Source: Mobula hypostoma (taxonomy: Eukaryota). From it: DNA of 64,000 nt. The position numbers were made by a program, and so were the translations under genes. Position 1 is the first letter of the stretch, and the number at the start of each line of letters is the position of its first letter. Of the stretch, positions 25,271-38,640 are shown piece after piece. Where the stretch lies: contig NC_086097.1 of assembly GCF_963921235.1 (NCBI RefSeq), positions 60,948,001-61,012,000 on the forward strand. Direction: 5' to 3'. The notes below the pieces were generated by a model that was given only the letters and a program-made list of their open reading frames with translations, ran no database searches and was not told the origin of the DNA.

Positions 25271-26189
25271 GGAGTATAAATTCTTATCGGAAGCAGTAAA
25301 ACGTGAAGAGAAAAATTAAAAGAAACCGCAGACAGTTGGTTTCTGAAATAAAAGGTTGCAGACCTAGAACAATGGCTGTTTCCCTTTCTTCAGATGCTGC
25401 CTGAACTGCCACATTTTTCCAGCAATTTTGGTTTTGCAGAGACATTCTGGTCCAATTTCCTGATAAATGTTTATTCTAACAATATTCTAGAAAGTTAATT
25501 GAATTTCTGTGAAGTGAAAACAATTAAGATGTATGACTGTAGTGGAATGCAAAGGGAATGAGAGAAATGTTACCCAGAGAAAGGGGGATAGTTAGTGGGA
25601 CTAAGTTTGTAAACACCATTGTGTAGTCTCCCTGGAGGGAAAAAAAATCCACTTTCTTTTGGAGAGTAAGGGTCTGTATTGGTGGAAAATAGTCAGGCAT
25701 GATCCTTTCCCAGAAGTGATACATAATCTTGGTTTGTATGCATGAGTCCTGTATATTATAACCATTCATCACTGTCCGGTGCACACACAGTTTAACAGCT
25801 ATACCCTCCAGGGTCCAGGCAGAAGGTGTACCACTGCACCACCCTCAGTGATAGATGTCAAAGTGTTCTCAGGGGAACCTCTATAGCTTTGCTACCCTCA
25901 TTGCTTCCTTCATGTGGTTCTCAGGACAAAGTCATACAGGTTTCTCGCTTACTGAACCGTATTAAATGGTCATCAACAGGGTGTTTCCTTGCCTTGAGAT
26001 TCTTTGTTAAAGATGAAATCTTCCAAGCACTTTTGTTTTCAAAACCTGGCAGGGAACTATTCTGTGAGTCAGGTCCAGCAGTGCTGTTTATGTTACGGTA
26101 TTAGAACCTAACAGAATATTATGTTTACCAGAAGAGTTACTCATACATCATATAGCTGAGTTAATTAGAAGATATGGATAATCAAAAGG

Positions 26190-26843
26190 AATGCACACAA
26201 AACGCTGGAGGAACTCAGCATGTCAGGAGGAATCTATGGAGGGGAATGAACAGTCAACAGTTTAGGCCAAGACCCTTTATCAGAACTGGCAAGGAAGGGG
26301 GCAGAAGCCAGAACAGGATGGTGTGAGAGGGGACAGAGTGCAAACTGGCAGGTGAAAGGTGAGAACAGGCAAGGGGTTAGGTGGGTGGATGAAGTAAGAA
26401 GCTGGATGGAACAGATGGAAAAAAATAAAGGTTTGAAGAAGGAATCTGATAGGAGAGGACAGTGGACTATGGGAGAAAGGGAAGGAGGAGGGGAACCAAA
26501 GGAATGTGATGAGTAGGTGAGAAGAAGAGACGGGATGAGGTTAGGAATGGAAATAGAGAGAAGGGGATGGGAAATTCTGAGCATAGGAGAAATTGATTTG
26601 CAGAATTTTTTGTGTTTATGTTGATGAGATCTGTAGAATTTGTTTTGTTTATATACTCCTTCCCCTTCCTCCACATTCTTAGTCTGTCCTCTGTTGCCTT
26701 CCCTTCCAGTCCTGAAGGAGGGTCTCAGCCCAAGACACTGGTTGCTTATTCCTGTACGGGATGCTGCCTGACATGCTGAGTTCCTCCAGCATCTTGTATG
26801 CATGTTGCTCAAGATTTCCAGCATCTGCAGAATCTCATGTGTT
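26190..26843. mobile_element. Older inverted (tails-out) PLE 3'-end dimer
   Basis: Minus arm 26190-~26600, plus arm ~26655-26843, each with a decayed hammerhead; 17-bp TSD tatgga(a/t)-type repeat with one mismatch (26173-26189, 26844-26860). Confidence 0.8.
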
Positions 26844-28721
26844 TATGGATTATCAAAAGGTCTGGAATAAATTCAATCATTTAAACCTTATTAAATGTTT
26901 TTTTTTGACTGAAGAACAAAGGGAACATCCCATTTCTGTAAAACACCAGGATTCCCATACTACTAAGATACTTGACTTTCGGTATTCAGAATCAAATCTC
27001 AGTTGATTTGAACAAAGCTCCCAAACTAAGTATATGGCACACAAAGGCTGAATGGTCACATCTGTTCAACTGGCTTAATCCAAATTGCATTTACATCTTT
27101 ACTGAGACGAAGTGAATTATATTTACTCTGCAATTTTGCAATGTCCTCTTTTGCCTGGGTTGATTGGAGCTATGGATGATACTCGAGAAGTGATGCAATA
27201 ATCTGAACTGGAAATTGTTTGACATTTTATGAATTGTGAAATTAATATTCATCCTTTCTTATCCAAATTCTCTGTAATTGCAAAGTAAAAATAAGACGAG
27301 TTCATACCATTTCCTGCTGATCAGACAGATGTAATGATGGAAAAATATTTTACAGTTGAGCTAACCTCAAACTAATATAATGAATACATAATTGGTGACA
27401 GTGCACACATCTTGTTAATGTTTACCTGGTTCTTTTTTAGCGTTCTAAAAGCTGCTGCTGGAAATCAAATTAATTGTGCCCTTAAGCGTCTCTGTAGTAT
27501 TTGAATGTAATTTTGCTTTTGTCCGCAGTTTGTAAATGAATCCATTGCATGGAGCTAATTTAACTTGCAATTTTTTTTTTCTAAATTCAATACATCTATT
27601 CAGTTTTTTGTTTCAGGAGACTCGTGATTGCAAATTAAGAATTTGGTATTTGCAATGTTTAGTATTTGGACAAGAAACGAACGAGAATGAAAATGGATGA
27701 AAATGTCAAATAAGCTTTACAGAATGTCACCTGCTGAATACTCAATTCTATTAAAATCCATGAAAAATACTGTAGGTCGACTGACTAATACATTTCAGAT
27801 GTGAGGTCAGTGTTAATGGTCACAGTATTATGGAGTTCTGTATATTCCTTTCTGCTATCTCAGAACTGATGATCAGTATTCAGCAAGCAGGCATGGATCA
27901 AGAGGGAAAGGAAGACAAAGAGGAAGGGAAGAAGAAACTAAGGCACCCTACCCTGAACGGGCTGTCCATAATCAACACATTTGACTGCCTTTTGAGTATA
28001 CAGAACTGTGGATTCTCTTTAATCAGCAGCCCGCGTTTAATCCTCTCTCAGTTGCAAGTCATTATTATTGGATATGGACAGATGTCTCCAGTCATAAAAT
28101 GCCTCAGAAAATGTAACAGAGCAGAGCCATGGTGTGTTGAAACAACTGTTTTAGTCCTTGGAATGCTTTGAAGGAGACCTGACATAAGAGGCAGTGTGGT
28201 CTGCTACCTCCTACACTACCTCATCAGCACTTGTGCTATCATAACCAGGAGGAACATGAGTTTAGGTAATTTTGAGAACCTATTCTGCCTGGGTGAACTA
28301 TGAAGAACTAATTTAATTGCAGTTCTAATAGTTACTAACCTAATTGTATCTTATTTGCCTTCCCACTGATCATCACACCTTCTTCATTACAATGCAAAAG
28401 TAACCACAAAATATGCAATCCAGATTAAGTGTACAGTTGAAATAACACCGTATTGCATACATGGATACACTTACAACATATATTCATTGCTTTGTTACCA
28501 TCTATCACATATCCGGTTGCCATGCAGAACTCTCATTACGGCAGTTCCCTTCTGCTGCAGGCTACAGTATGGCAATTAGGAGACTGTTGACATCCATTGG
28601 ACATGACCTCAGGGAAGTTTGAAAAATAAAGTTGATCAGCTCTGGACTCAGAAGATTTGACTGTAGATTGTGACATCCTAGCAGAGGTAGTACCTACATA
28701 GCTGACAAGCAACAGAAAATA

Positions 28722-29653
28722 CAGGTTGAGTACCCCCTACCTGAAAACCTCCGAAATCCATTTTTTGGTGTGCCAACGTGACATCAGAAATGGAAAATTC
28801 CACAAGACACTGGGAATGTTCCCAGTTAATTCACAGGTCTCTGCACACCACAGAGAGTTCAGAGAAGTGACCTCACATATGTAATGAACAGAAGTTAATG
28901 AAAAATGGAAATAAAGCAAAAAAAAAAAGATCTTGATTGTGTATGTCAGCGTCAGAGTGAACTTACGCCACTTCGCGGTATGCTGATCATGAAACAAGCA
29001 AAGGTTGATCATGACGAACTGAAAATTGAAGATAATTGTGAATATTCAGCAGGCTGGTTGAAAAATTTTAAGAAAAGGCTCACCATTAATTTTTAAAGCA
29101 TCTATTAACCACAATAATCTAGCACCAGCACAAGTCTACTATACTGATTGCTTTTATATAACCATATAACAATTACAGCACGGAAACAGGCCATCTCGGC
29201 CCTTCTAGACCATGCCGAACGCTTACTCCCACCTCGTCCCACCGACCTGCACTCAGCCCATAACCCTCCACCTAATATAAAACCTAAAAAAGGAAAACAC
29301 TGATACAATGAACTGTAATCTTTGAATCAAAGCACAGCATCATAGGTGGAGACTGAGAGCCTGATGTTGTTTGTTGTTCTTCAACAACTGATTCGGGTAT
29401 TCTCTTGATGCTGCTGTGCTGCTTTTGTTACCCTGCACACATTATACTTATGGTATGGAATAACTTTTACTGTTAAGTACGTGTGTCATGAAAAATAGTA
29501 AGACAAATACTACTTACCAGTAGCACATAAATTCACAGTCAGAAATGATGGCAATCCCAAGCAATCTTATTATATATTCCAAAATCCAAAAAAGAATCCA
29601 AGATCCAAATGACTTCTGGCTCCAAGCATTTCAGATCAGGGGTGCTCAACCTA
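28722..29653 (+). mobile_element. pogo/Tigger internal-deletion derivative, with a CR1 3' tail inserted at ~29158-29268 (-)
   Basis: TA flanks, TIR caggttgagtacccc / ggggtgctcaaccta, CENP-B HTH-like peptide GMLIMKQAK...SAGWLKNFKKR (ORF 28905-29096). Confidence 0.8.
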
Positions 29654-30109
29654 TATAATGATGGAATGGCATGGAGGTACATAAATTCTGTTGTTACTGT
29701 GGTATTGTGGCATGGTGGTAAAGATGTTGGTCAGTAATACAGAGGGGTGTACTAATAATTTAGAAGCAAAAGTTTGTTGGGAGCTGTGAATTTATACTAA
29801 TAAGTCAAATACTCATTTCAGAAGAAACTAGATGATCTGGAATCCTGAAACTACCAAATCATTTTGAAAAAAATGTCCTTTTGTGAGATATATCTACCTT
29901 TCCTACAGGTTTTAGCTTGTATATTTCTCCAGTTATAAATGCCTACAGGTGGCTTAGCAAGTTTCCCATTCCAATTGAAAGTGAAAGCAAAACACATTAA
30001 ACTTCAACTTCTGGAAATAATTGACAATTCTGGCAACATCTATGAAGAGAGAAATAACATTGCACAGCAAGTTGATGTTGATCAGTAATTAGAACATAGA
30101 TCATAGACC

Positions 30110-30972
30110 TGTCACATGACTGACAACAATAAATATAGAATTGAGTCAGGTTTTATAAAAACAAACAAACATTTATTAAAGTCTGCTCAATATTAATAAA
30201 AATAAACAGATGAAAAATCTCAACCGGAAGTAAACTGCTATGCGACCATTTAACAAACCGCCACTCAGTACTAGTTCTTAAAGCGGTAAATGCAAACACA
30301 GTCTTAAAGTGGTAAATTGGAACACAGTTTTTAGAAAGGTATATTTGAAAGTCCAGGAGATTTATACAGTCAATTAGGAGAGACTTTCCTGAAGTAAAGA
30401 ATTCCTCAAAGACTCAACATTACTGCCGATCCCAGCTGGAAACTGCCTTGTCCACAGGATTCACGATGATGGAAATAAAACAGTTGAAGGCACTGACCTT
30501 TTCCTCTGGAAACTAGATACTGCACAACCTTTTCTGCTTTAGCAGAGGCTATCTCATGCAGATCACTCTTTCCTGAACGAATTCAATAATGGTCGATCCT
30601 CTCCAAAACTGCCGAACGGCTCTTTCAGGTTCCTGTCTTCACTCTCCAATATTACTGAAAATGTACATCAAGAAATCTGGCAGCTATTGGTGAAACTACC
30701 AGTCCAGCACTTCTGTACCTTACAATAGCAAGTAAAACTCTGTTTTAAAGCTATACTGCGTCATGAGACTAATACACAGCGTAGTGGAGTATCTGACTGA
30801 TGATCTAACTGAAAACTAACTGCTTCACCAGGGGTCAAACCTTATATATACCTGTTGAGGACAGGTCATCATGTGACCTCACATCAGTGGGGAAATTACA
30901 TCATGTGACCTCCGCAAGACTATTACATCGTCCTCATAAGACAGTCACAAGATATCCATGAAGTATGTAACA
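30110..30972. mobile_element. Solo LTR inserted in a CR1 microsatellite tail
   Basis: tgtcacat...atgtaaca termini, imperfect 4-bp TSD gacc/gaac, (agaacat)n on both sides. Confidence 0.65.
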
Positions 30973-31425
30973 GAACATAGAAATTTACTGCACGTTACAG
31001 GCCCTTTGGCCCACAATGATGTGCCGACCATGTAACCTACTCTAGAAACTGCCTAGAATTTCGCTTTTCCATAGACCTCTATTTTTCTATCGAAAAAACC
31101 CTATTGTATCCACTTCCACCACTGCTGCCGGCAGAGCATTCCACGCACCCACCACTCTCTGTGTGAAAAATTTACCCCAACATTCCCTCGGTAACTATTT
31201 CCAAGCAACTTAAAACTATAGCCCCTCGTGTTAGCTATTTCAGCCCTGGGAAAAAGCCTCTGGCTATCCACACGATCAATGCCCCTCATCATCTTATACA
31301 CCTCTATCAGGTCACATATCATCCTCCGTCACTCCAAGGGGAAAAGGCCAAGTACACTTAACCTATTCTCATAAGGTATGCCCTCCAAACCAGGCAACAT
31401 CCTTGTAAATCTCCTCTGCACTCCC
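30973..31425 (-). mobile_element. CR1 3' fragment
   Basis: ORF 31101-31322 DLIEVYKMMRGIDRVDSQRLFP; tail continues at 30091-30109. Confidence 0.85.
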
Positions 31426-31825
31426 TAAATTCTGCCATTGGAAGCAGTTTGTGTATTCTATAAATGAATAAATAAACAAGCAAACAAACAAACATATAAA
31501 GTATGGTTATACAGTTTATGGTTTTCACTGGTCATTCTTCTTTATGTATGGAAATACTTACAGATTCTTTGAGCTCAATCCTGGCAATCACCTCCAAGAT
31601 TTACAGCATCAAAGCAATGCATTAGAAAAAGGTCCTTTTACTTAGGGTATTATTTTCAGGCCATTATGGTGTAGGAAAGTTCTTATAACTTCCTTTATAA
31701 AGTAAATATTTCCTGAGTAATAATTATAATTATAGGATATGAATATTAATTATAAGGTTACATAATTCAAAGCATATGGTTAGAAAAAGATATTGAATCT
31801 GAAAATTAGAAAGGAGATATTTCCT

Positions 31826-31973
31826 CACTCTTCCTTCAGTTAGTCCTGACGAAGGGTCTCGGCCTGAAACGTCGACTGCGCCTCTTCCTATAGATGCTGC
31901 CTGGCCTGCTGCGTTCACCAGCAACTTTGATGTATGTTGCTTGAATTTCCAGCATCTGCAGAATTCCTGTTGT
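31826..31973 (+). mobile_element. ~150-bp PLE terminus (hammerhead + tail)
   Basis: Near-identical to 19527-19641 plus the full tail; flanked by tatttcct(c/t)act (31818-31829, 31974-31985). Confidence 0.9.
31842..31877 (+). ncRNA. Minimal type I hammerhead ribozyme
   Basis: Identical to 19544-19579. Confidence 0.8.
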
Positions 31974-33013
31974 TATTTCCTTACTTGTCAGCTTTGAGCA
32001 TAATTATTCCTAAATCCATTGCAAAATATTACATTGTACCCATAACTGTTGTAATAGATTGAAATGTATGAACAGTATGCAAAATAAGTACCTCAGGTAA
32101 CTCAGTACATGTGACAATAGTAAAACAATTTACAATTTACATAGTGGGAATGCTTCACATTTCCAATGATCCATTAAAATACAAAAGTCCAATTAGATAT
32201 AGCAGAAGAAGTTCCTCTTCTCACTCCTAACGAGTGATTTTTATGTATTTTCTACCTTATGGGTAAAGCTGACACATGGACATCTGTAAAAGTGAAATCC
32301 ATTCTTTACCTGGGCATACCTGAAGTGTAAGGTGAACGCATCTACTTTAGTCTTTGATAGTATCTGTGAACTTGGTGGAACAAAGAGTCTGAGTCCATAC
32401 TGTATGACTCCATGCTCTAAGGAATTCAAAAGTTCAAAATTTACAACAAAGCATAACAGATTCCAGTATCATTTGATCCTTGCAATTTCATGAGAATAAA
32501 GTCAGTACTTCAAAGTGCTTCTCTTGTCTATGGAAGTGGAGTTAAATATGCAAATTCAGATATGGTTAGTGGTACCCTGTCCTTCCACGTGGTGCAATAT
32601 TAAGTTCTCTGTTGACAGCTTCAATAGAAAACCAATGATATGATATGATGTTAGTGTTATTTAGAACCAACTATTGTCAAAATGTGAGTTTGAAAAGCTA
32701 TTTACAGGGATGGGTCATTATTTTTTCCACCCTATGATACAATTTTGAAGCATAATTTACAATTAAATTAAAGCTTAATCTTGACCCTCACTTCAGTTTC
32801 TGTAAAGTGAGTAACCTATTAATTACAAGCTGTGCTTTCTGAATTACTGACCTACTTGCTAACATACTTGTTGATCGCTTAGCCCACTCAATAACTTCAC
32901 TTTTAAAAGATACTACAGATTTCTTAACTGGGACCAAGAGCCATGTTGAAACAAGGAAAATTGATGCAATAGAATTTGTTGAACCACTGGCTGGATCTTT
33001 CTCTGATGTTATT

Positions 33014-36000
33014 TGAGGAAAGAGGGAAGTATGAGTGTGAGGGCAGCTTGCTGTTCTCGGGGTCGGATGTGGGAGGTCCTGGAGTCTCCTAGCCTCCCGG
33101 ACGTCCACAACTGTGCCAGGTGCGCCGAGCTGCAGTGCCTAAGGGACCGTGTTAGGGAACTGGAGCGGCAGCTCGATGACCTTTGTCTGGTCAGGGAGAG
33201 TGAGGAGTTGATAGAGAGGAGTTACAGGCAGGTGGTCACACCGGGGCCACAGGAGGCAGACAAGTGGGTCACGGTTAGGAGGGGGAAGGGTAAGAGTCAG
33301 GTACTAGAGAGTACCACAGTGGCTGTGCCCCTTGACAATAGGTACTCCTGTTTGAGTACTGTTGTGGGGGACAGCTTACCTGGAGGAAGCAACAGTGGCC
33401 GTGCCTCTGGCACAGAGTCCGGCCCTGTAGCTCAGAAGGGTAGAGAAAGGAAGAGGAGATCAGTAGTAATAGGGGACTCGATAGTAAGGGGGTCAGATAG
33501 GCGATTCTGTGGATGCAGTCGGGAGACCTGGATGGTAGTTTGCCTCCCTGGTGCCAGGGTCCGGGATGTTTCTGATTGTGTCCAAGATATCTTGAAGTGG
33601 GAAGGTGAGGAGCCAGAGGTCGTGGTACATACAGGTACCAATGACATAGGTAGGAAAAGGGAAGAGGTCCTGAAAGGAGAATATAGGGAGTTAGGAAGGG
33701 AGTTGAGAAGAAGGACTGCATAGGTAGTAATCCCGGGATTACTGCATGTGCCACGTGACAGTGAGAGTAGGAATAGAATGAGTTGGAGGATAAAAGTGTG
33801 GTTGAGAGATTGGAGCAGGGGGCAGGGATTCAAGTTTCTGGATTATTGGGACTTCTTTTGGTGCAGGTGTGACCTGTACAAAAAAGACGGGTTGCACTTG
33901 AATCCTAGGGGGACCAATATCCTGGCGGGGAGATTTGCAAAGGCTGCTGGGGAGACTTTAAACTAGAATGGTTGGGGGGTGGGAATAAAAATGAAGAGAC
34001 TAGGAGAGGAGGTTAGTTCACAAATAGAGAAAGCTAATAGAATATGTGTGAGGGAGGATAGGCAGGGGACAGAGGACGGGAGCACTCAGACCGAAGATGT
34101 ACAGGAGAAGGGAGTAAAAGATAACAAAGTTTTTTTTTAGATCATGAGAACACTCAGTACTAATTTATTGTCATTTAGAAATGCATGCATGCATTAAGAA
34201 ATGATACAATGTTCCTCCAGAGTGATATCACAGAAAAACAGGACAAACCAAAGACTAACACTAACAGAACCACGTAATTATAACATATAGTTACAGCAGT
34301 GCAAAACAATATCATAATTTGATAAAGAACAGACCATGGGCACGGAAAAAAAAAAGTCTCAAAGTCCCGAGTCGATTGACTCCCTAAACCCCAGTAGCAG
34401 GCGGCAAAGGGAGACACTCCCTGCCATGAACCTCCAGGCACTGACAACTGCCAATGCATTGGAAGCACCCGACCACAGCCGACACTGAGTCCGTCCGTCA
34501 GAAAACTTCGAGCCTCCGAGCAGCCCCTGCAATACAGCCTCCCGAGCGCCATCCTCTGCTGAGTGCCATCCTCTGCCAAGCGCCTTCGACCTTACCCGGC
34601 CGCCGAAACAAGCAAAGCCGAGGATTCGGGCCTTCTCCTCTGGAGATTCCGGACCACACAGTAACAGCGGCAGCGAAGTTGTTTGTACCATTAGGGATAG
34701 CAGAGAGTAAGAGGTGTAGAGTTTCTTAAATGTACTTATTTTAATGCTGGGAACATTGTAAGAAAGGTGGATGAGTTTAGAGCATGGATTGATACCTAGA
34801 AGTATGATGTTGTAGCTATTAGTGAAACATGGTTGCAGGAGGGTGTGATTGGCAACTAAATATTCCTGGATTTCGTTGCTTCAGGTGTGATAGAATCGGA
34901 GGAGCAAGAGGGGGAGGTGTTGCATTGCCTGTCAGAGAAAATATTACAGTTGTGCTTTGGCAGGATAGATTAGAGGACTCATGTAGGGAGGCTATTTGGG
35001 TGGATTTGAGGAATGGGAAAGGTGTAGTAATGCTTATAGGGGTGCATTATAGACCACTTAATGGGGAGCAAGAATTGGAGGAGCAAATTTGTATGAGATA
35101 GCAGATATTTGTAGTAAGCACAAGGTTGTGATTGTGGGAGATTTTAATTTTCCACACATATTCTGGGAAACCCATTCTGTAAAATGGCTGGATGGTTTGG
35201 AGTCTATAAAATGTGTGCACGATTTTTTTTGCAGCAATACATAGAGGTACCAACTAGAGAAGGGGAAGTGTTGGATCTCCTGTTAGGGAATGAGATAGGG
35301 TAGGTGATGGAGGTATGTGTTGGGGAGCACTTCGGGTCCAGTGATCACAATGCTACTAGTTTCAATATAATTATGGAGAAGGATAGGACTGGACCCAGGG
35401 TTGAGATTTATGATTGGAGAAAGGTTAACTTTGAGGAGGTGTGAAAGGATTTAGAAAGAGTGGATTGGGACAAATTGTTTTATGGGAAGGATGTAATAGA
35501 GAAATGGAGGTCATTTAAAGGTGAAATTTTGAGGGTACAGAATCTTTATGTTCCTGTCAGGTTGAAAGGAAAGGTTAAAAGTTTGAGAGAGCCATGGTTT
35601 TCAAGGGATTTTGGAAACTTGGTTCGGAAAAAGAGAGAGATCTACAATAATATAGGCAGCTTGGAGTAAATGAGGTGCTCAAGGAATGTAAAAAGAATCT
35701 TAAGAAAGAAATTAGAAAAGCTAAAAGAAGATATGAGGTTGCTTTGGCAAGTAAGGTGAAAATAAATCCAAAGGGTTTCTACAGATATATTAATAGCAAA
35801 AGGATAGTGAGGGATAAAATTGGTCCCTTAGAGAATCAGAGTGGATGGCTATGTGCGAAGTCAAAAGAGATGGGGGAGATTTTGAACAATTTCTTTTCTT
35901 CGGTATTCACTAAGGAGAAGGAAGTTGAATTGTGTAAGGTAAGGGAAACAAATAGGGTAGTTATGGAAACTATGATGATTAAAGAAGAAGAAGTACTGGC

Positions 36001-37572
36001 GCTTTTAAGGAATATAAAAGTGGATAAGTCTCTGGGTCCTGACAGAATATTCCCTAGGACTTTGAGGGAAGTTAGTGTGGAGATAGCAGGGGCTCTGACA
36101 GAAATATTTCAGGTGTCATTAGAAACGGGAATGGCGCCGGAGGATTGGCATATTGCTCATGTGGTTCCATTGTTTAAAAAGGGTTCTAAGAGTAAACCTA
36201 GCAATTATCGGCCTGTGAGCTTGACATCAGTGGTGGGTAAATTGATGGAAAGTATTCTTAGAAATGGTATATATAATTATCTGGATAGACAGGGTCTGAT
36301 TAGGAACAGTCAACATGGACTTGTGCGTGGAAGGTCATGTTTGACAAACCTTATTGAATTTTTTGAAGAGGTTACTAGGAAAGTTGACGAGGGTAAAGCG
36401 GTGGATGTGGTCTATATGGACTTCAGTAAGGCCTTTGACAAGGTTCCACACGGAAGATTAGGTAGGAAGGTTCAATCGTTAGGTATTAATATTGAAGTAG
36501 TAAAATGGATTCAGCAGTGGCTGGATGGGAGACACCAGAGAGTAGTGGTGGATAACTGTTTGTCAGATTGGAGGCCGGTGTCTAGTGGTGTGGCTCAGGG
36601 ATCTGTACTGGGTCCAATATTGTTTGTCATATATATTAATGATCTGTATGATGGGGTGGTAAATTGGATGAGGAAGTATGCAGATGATTCTAAGACAGGA
36701 GGATTTGTGGATAATGAAGTAGGTTTTCAAAGCTTGCAGAGAGATTTAGGCCAGTTAGAAGAGTGGGCTGAAAGATGGCAGATGGAGTTTAATGCTGATA
36801 AATGTGAGGTGCTACATTTTGGTAGGACATACATGGTAAATGGTAAGGCATTGAAGAATGCAGTAGAACAGTGGGATCTAGGAATAATGGTGCACAGTTC
36901 CCTGAAGGTGGAATCTCATGTGGATAGGGTGGTGAAGAAAGCTTTTGGTATGCTGGCCTTTATAAATTAGAGCACTGAGTATAGGAGTTGGGATGTAATG
37001 CTGAAATTTTACAGGGCATTGGTAAGGCCAAATTTGGAGAATTGTGTACAGTTCTGGTCACTGAATTATAGGAAAGATGTCAACAAAATCGAGAGAGTAC
37101 ATAGAAGATTTACTAGAATGTTACCTAGGTTTCATCTACTGAGTTACAGAGAAAGGTTGAACAAGTTCGGTCTTTATTCTTTGGAGCATAGAAGGTTGAG
37201 GGGGGACTTGATAAAGCTATTTAAAATTATGAGGGGGATAGATAGAGTTGACATGGATAGGCTTTTTCTGTTGAGAGTGGGGGACATGAGTTGAGAGTTG
37301 AAGGGCAAAAGTTTAGGGGTAACATGAGGGGGAACGTCTTTGCTCAGAGAGTGGTAGCTGTGTGGAACGAGTTTCCAGCAGAAGTGGTTGAAACAGGTTC
37401 CATGTTGTCATTTAAAGTTAAATTGGATAGATATATGGACAGGAAAGGAATGGAGGGTTATTGGCTGAGTGCAGGTCAGTGGGACTATGTGAGATTAAGC
37501 GTTCGGCACAGACTAGAATGGCCGAGATGGCCTGTTTCTGTGCTGTAATTGTTATATGTTTATATGGTTATA
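33014..37572 (+). mobile_element. CR1 LINE, near full length, lightly degraded
   Basis: ORF1 33013-33966 has a Cys-rich/coiled-coil start and SGNH esterase motifs (VIGDS, HTGTND, DGLHLN). ORF2 runs ~34725-37450 and includes the 431-aa RT ORF 35675-36970 (KYADD). (ttatatgg)n-type tail. Confidence 0.95.
34132..34675 (-). mobile_element. Non-autonomous retroposon-like insertion with poly(A) end
   Basis: Interrupts CR1; T-run at the left end; TSD aagtt(t/g)ttt at 34127 and 34676; GC/CpG-rich part and AT-rich 3' part ending gacaataaa...gatctaaaa on the minus strand. Confidence 0.65.
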
Positions 37573-38129
37573 CTTGACCCTTCACTTCTGACCATACAAT
37601 GGAGGCAAATGTTTCTTCGTCAATGTAAGGATCATTCACTTATCTGGTTACATTTTCTCTGCTGAGTAGATTCAGACCTTTAGTGCAAAACTGTCTTCAG
37701 GTACTATTTCTTCAGTGTTAAAACTCTATAGTTTGCAGAGAGTGTCTGTATCTACAGGTATCACTTCACTTGACCTGTTTGAATTAAAGAAGGAATCAAA
37801 AATCAGGCAATTTAACTTTGAACTGTGATTCACTTTATCGTGTTTTGTTCTTCAATAACTGTCAAGATTGTTAGAGACACAGCCAGGTCAAAAAATATCT
37901 TGAATTTTTCAATGAAAATTTATATGTACATATATACAGTAATTCTGATCTGTCTGTCCTCCACCATTATAAATTATTCATTCTCTACTTTGCAATTCTT
38001 TCCTGAATTTTTTATTATGCCTACAAATCTTCCATGAAAATATGATTTCTTCTATTAACTATTTCTAAGTGTTTGCTTATTAAATGCCTGATGATTCTAT
38101 TTCATTTAAGCAGTGGTTTTCTTTGGTAA

Positions 38130-38640
38130 TCCTACAAAATGTAATGGATATGGCCCAAATCATAACGGGTAAAGCCATTTCCTCCACATCTACATGGAGT
38201 GCTGTTGCTGGAAAGCAGCATCCATCGTCAAGGATCCCCATCACCCAGGCCATGCTCTTCTCTCACTGCTACTATCAGGATGAAGGTACAAAAACTACCA
38301 GATTCAGGTTATTACCCCTCAACCATCAGGCTCCAGACCCTGAGGAGATAACTTCATTCAAATTCACTTGCCTCATCATTGAACTATCCCACAACCTATG
38401 GACTCACTTTCAAAGACTCATTTATGTTTTCAATATTTATGGTTTATTTATTTTGTATTATTATTATTTCTTTCTTTTTGTACTTGCACACTACATTGTC
38501 TTTTGCACATTAGTTATCCATTCTATGGGGTGCAGTTTTCATTGATTCTGTTTTGCTTCTTGGATTTATTGCATATGCCTGCAAGAAAATGTATCTCAAC
38601 GTTGTATGTGGTACGCACTTTGATAATAAATTTACCTTGA
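38130..38640 (+). mobile_element. Rex1/Babar-like LINE 3' end
   Basis: Similar to 62280-62720 (gaaagcagcatccatcgtcaaggatccccatcacccagg). Confidence 0.65.

Noticed and set aside
25524..26104. Short ORFs in non-repeat-looking sequence
   Set aside because: No recognisable homology or splice structure.
32315..32417. Candidate minus-strand exon (ttccttag...cag/gtatgc)
   Set aside because: One open frame but no recognisable protein; unsupported without transcripts.
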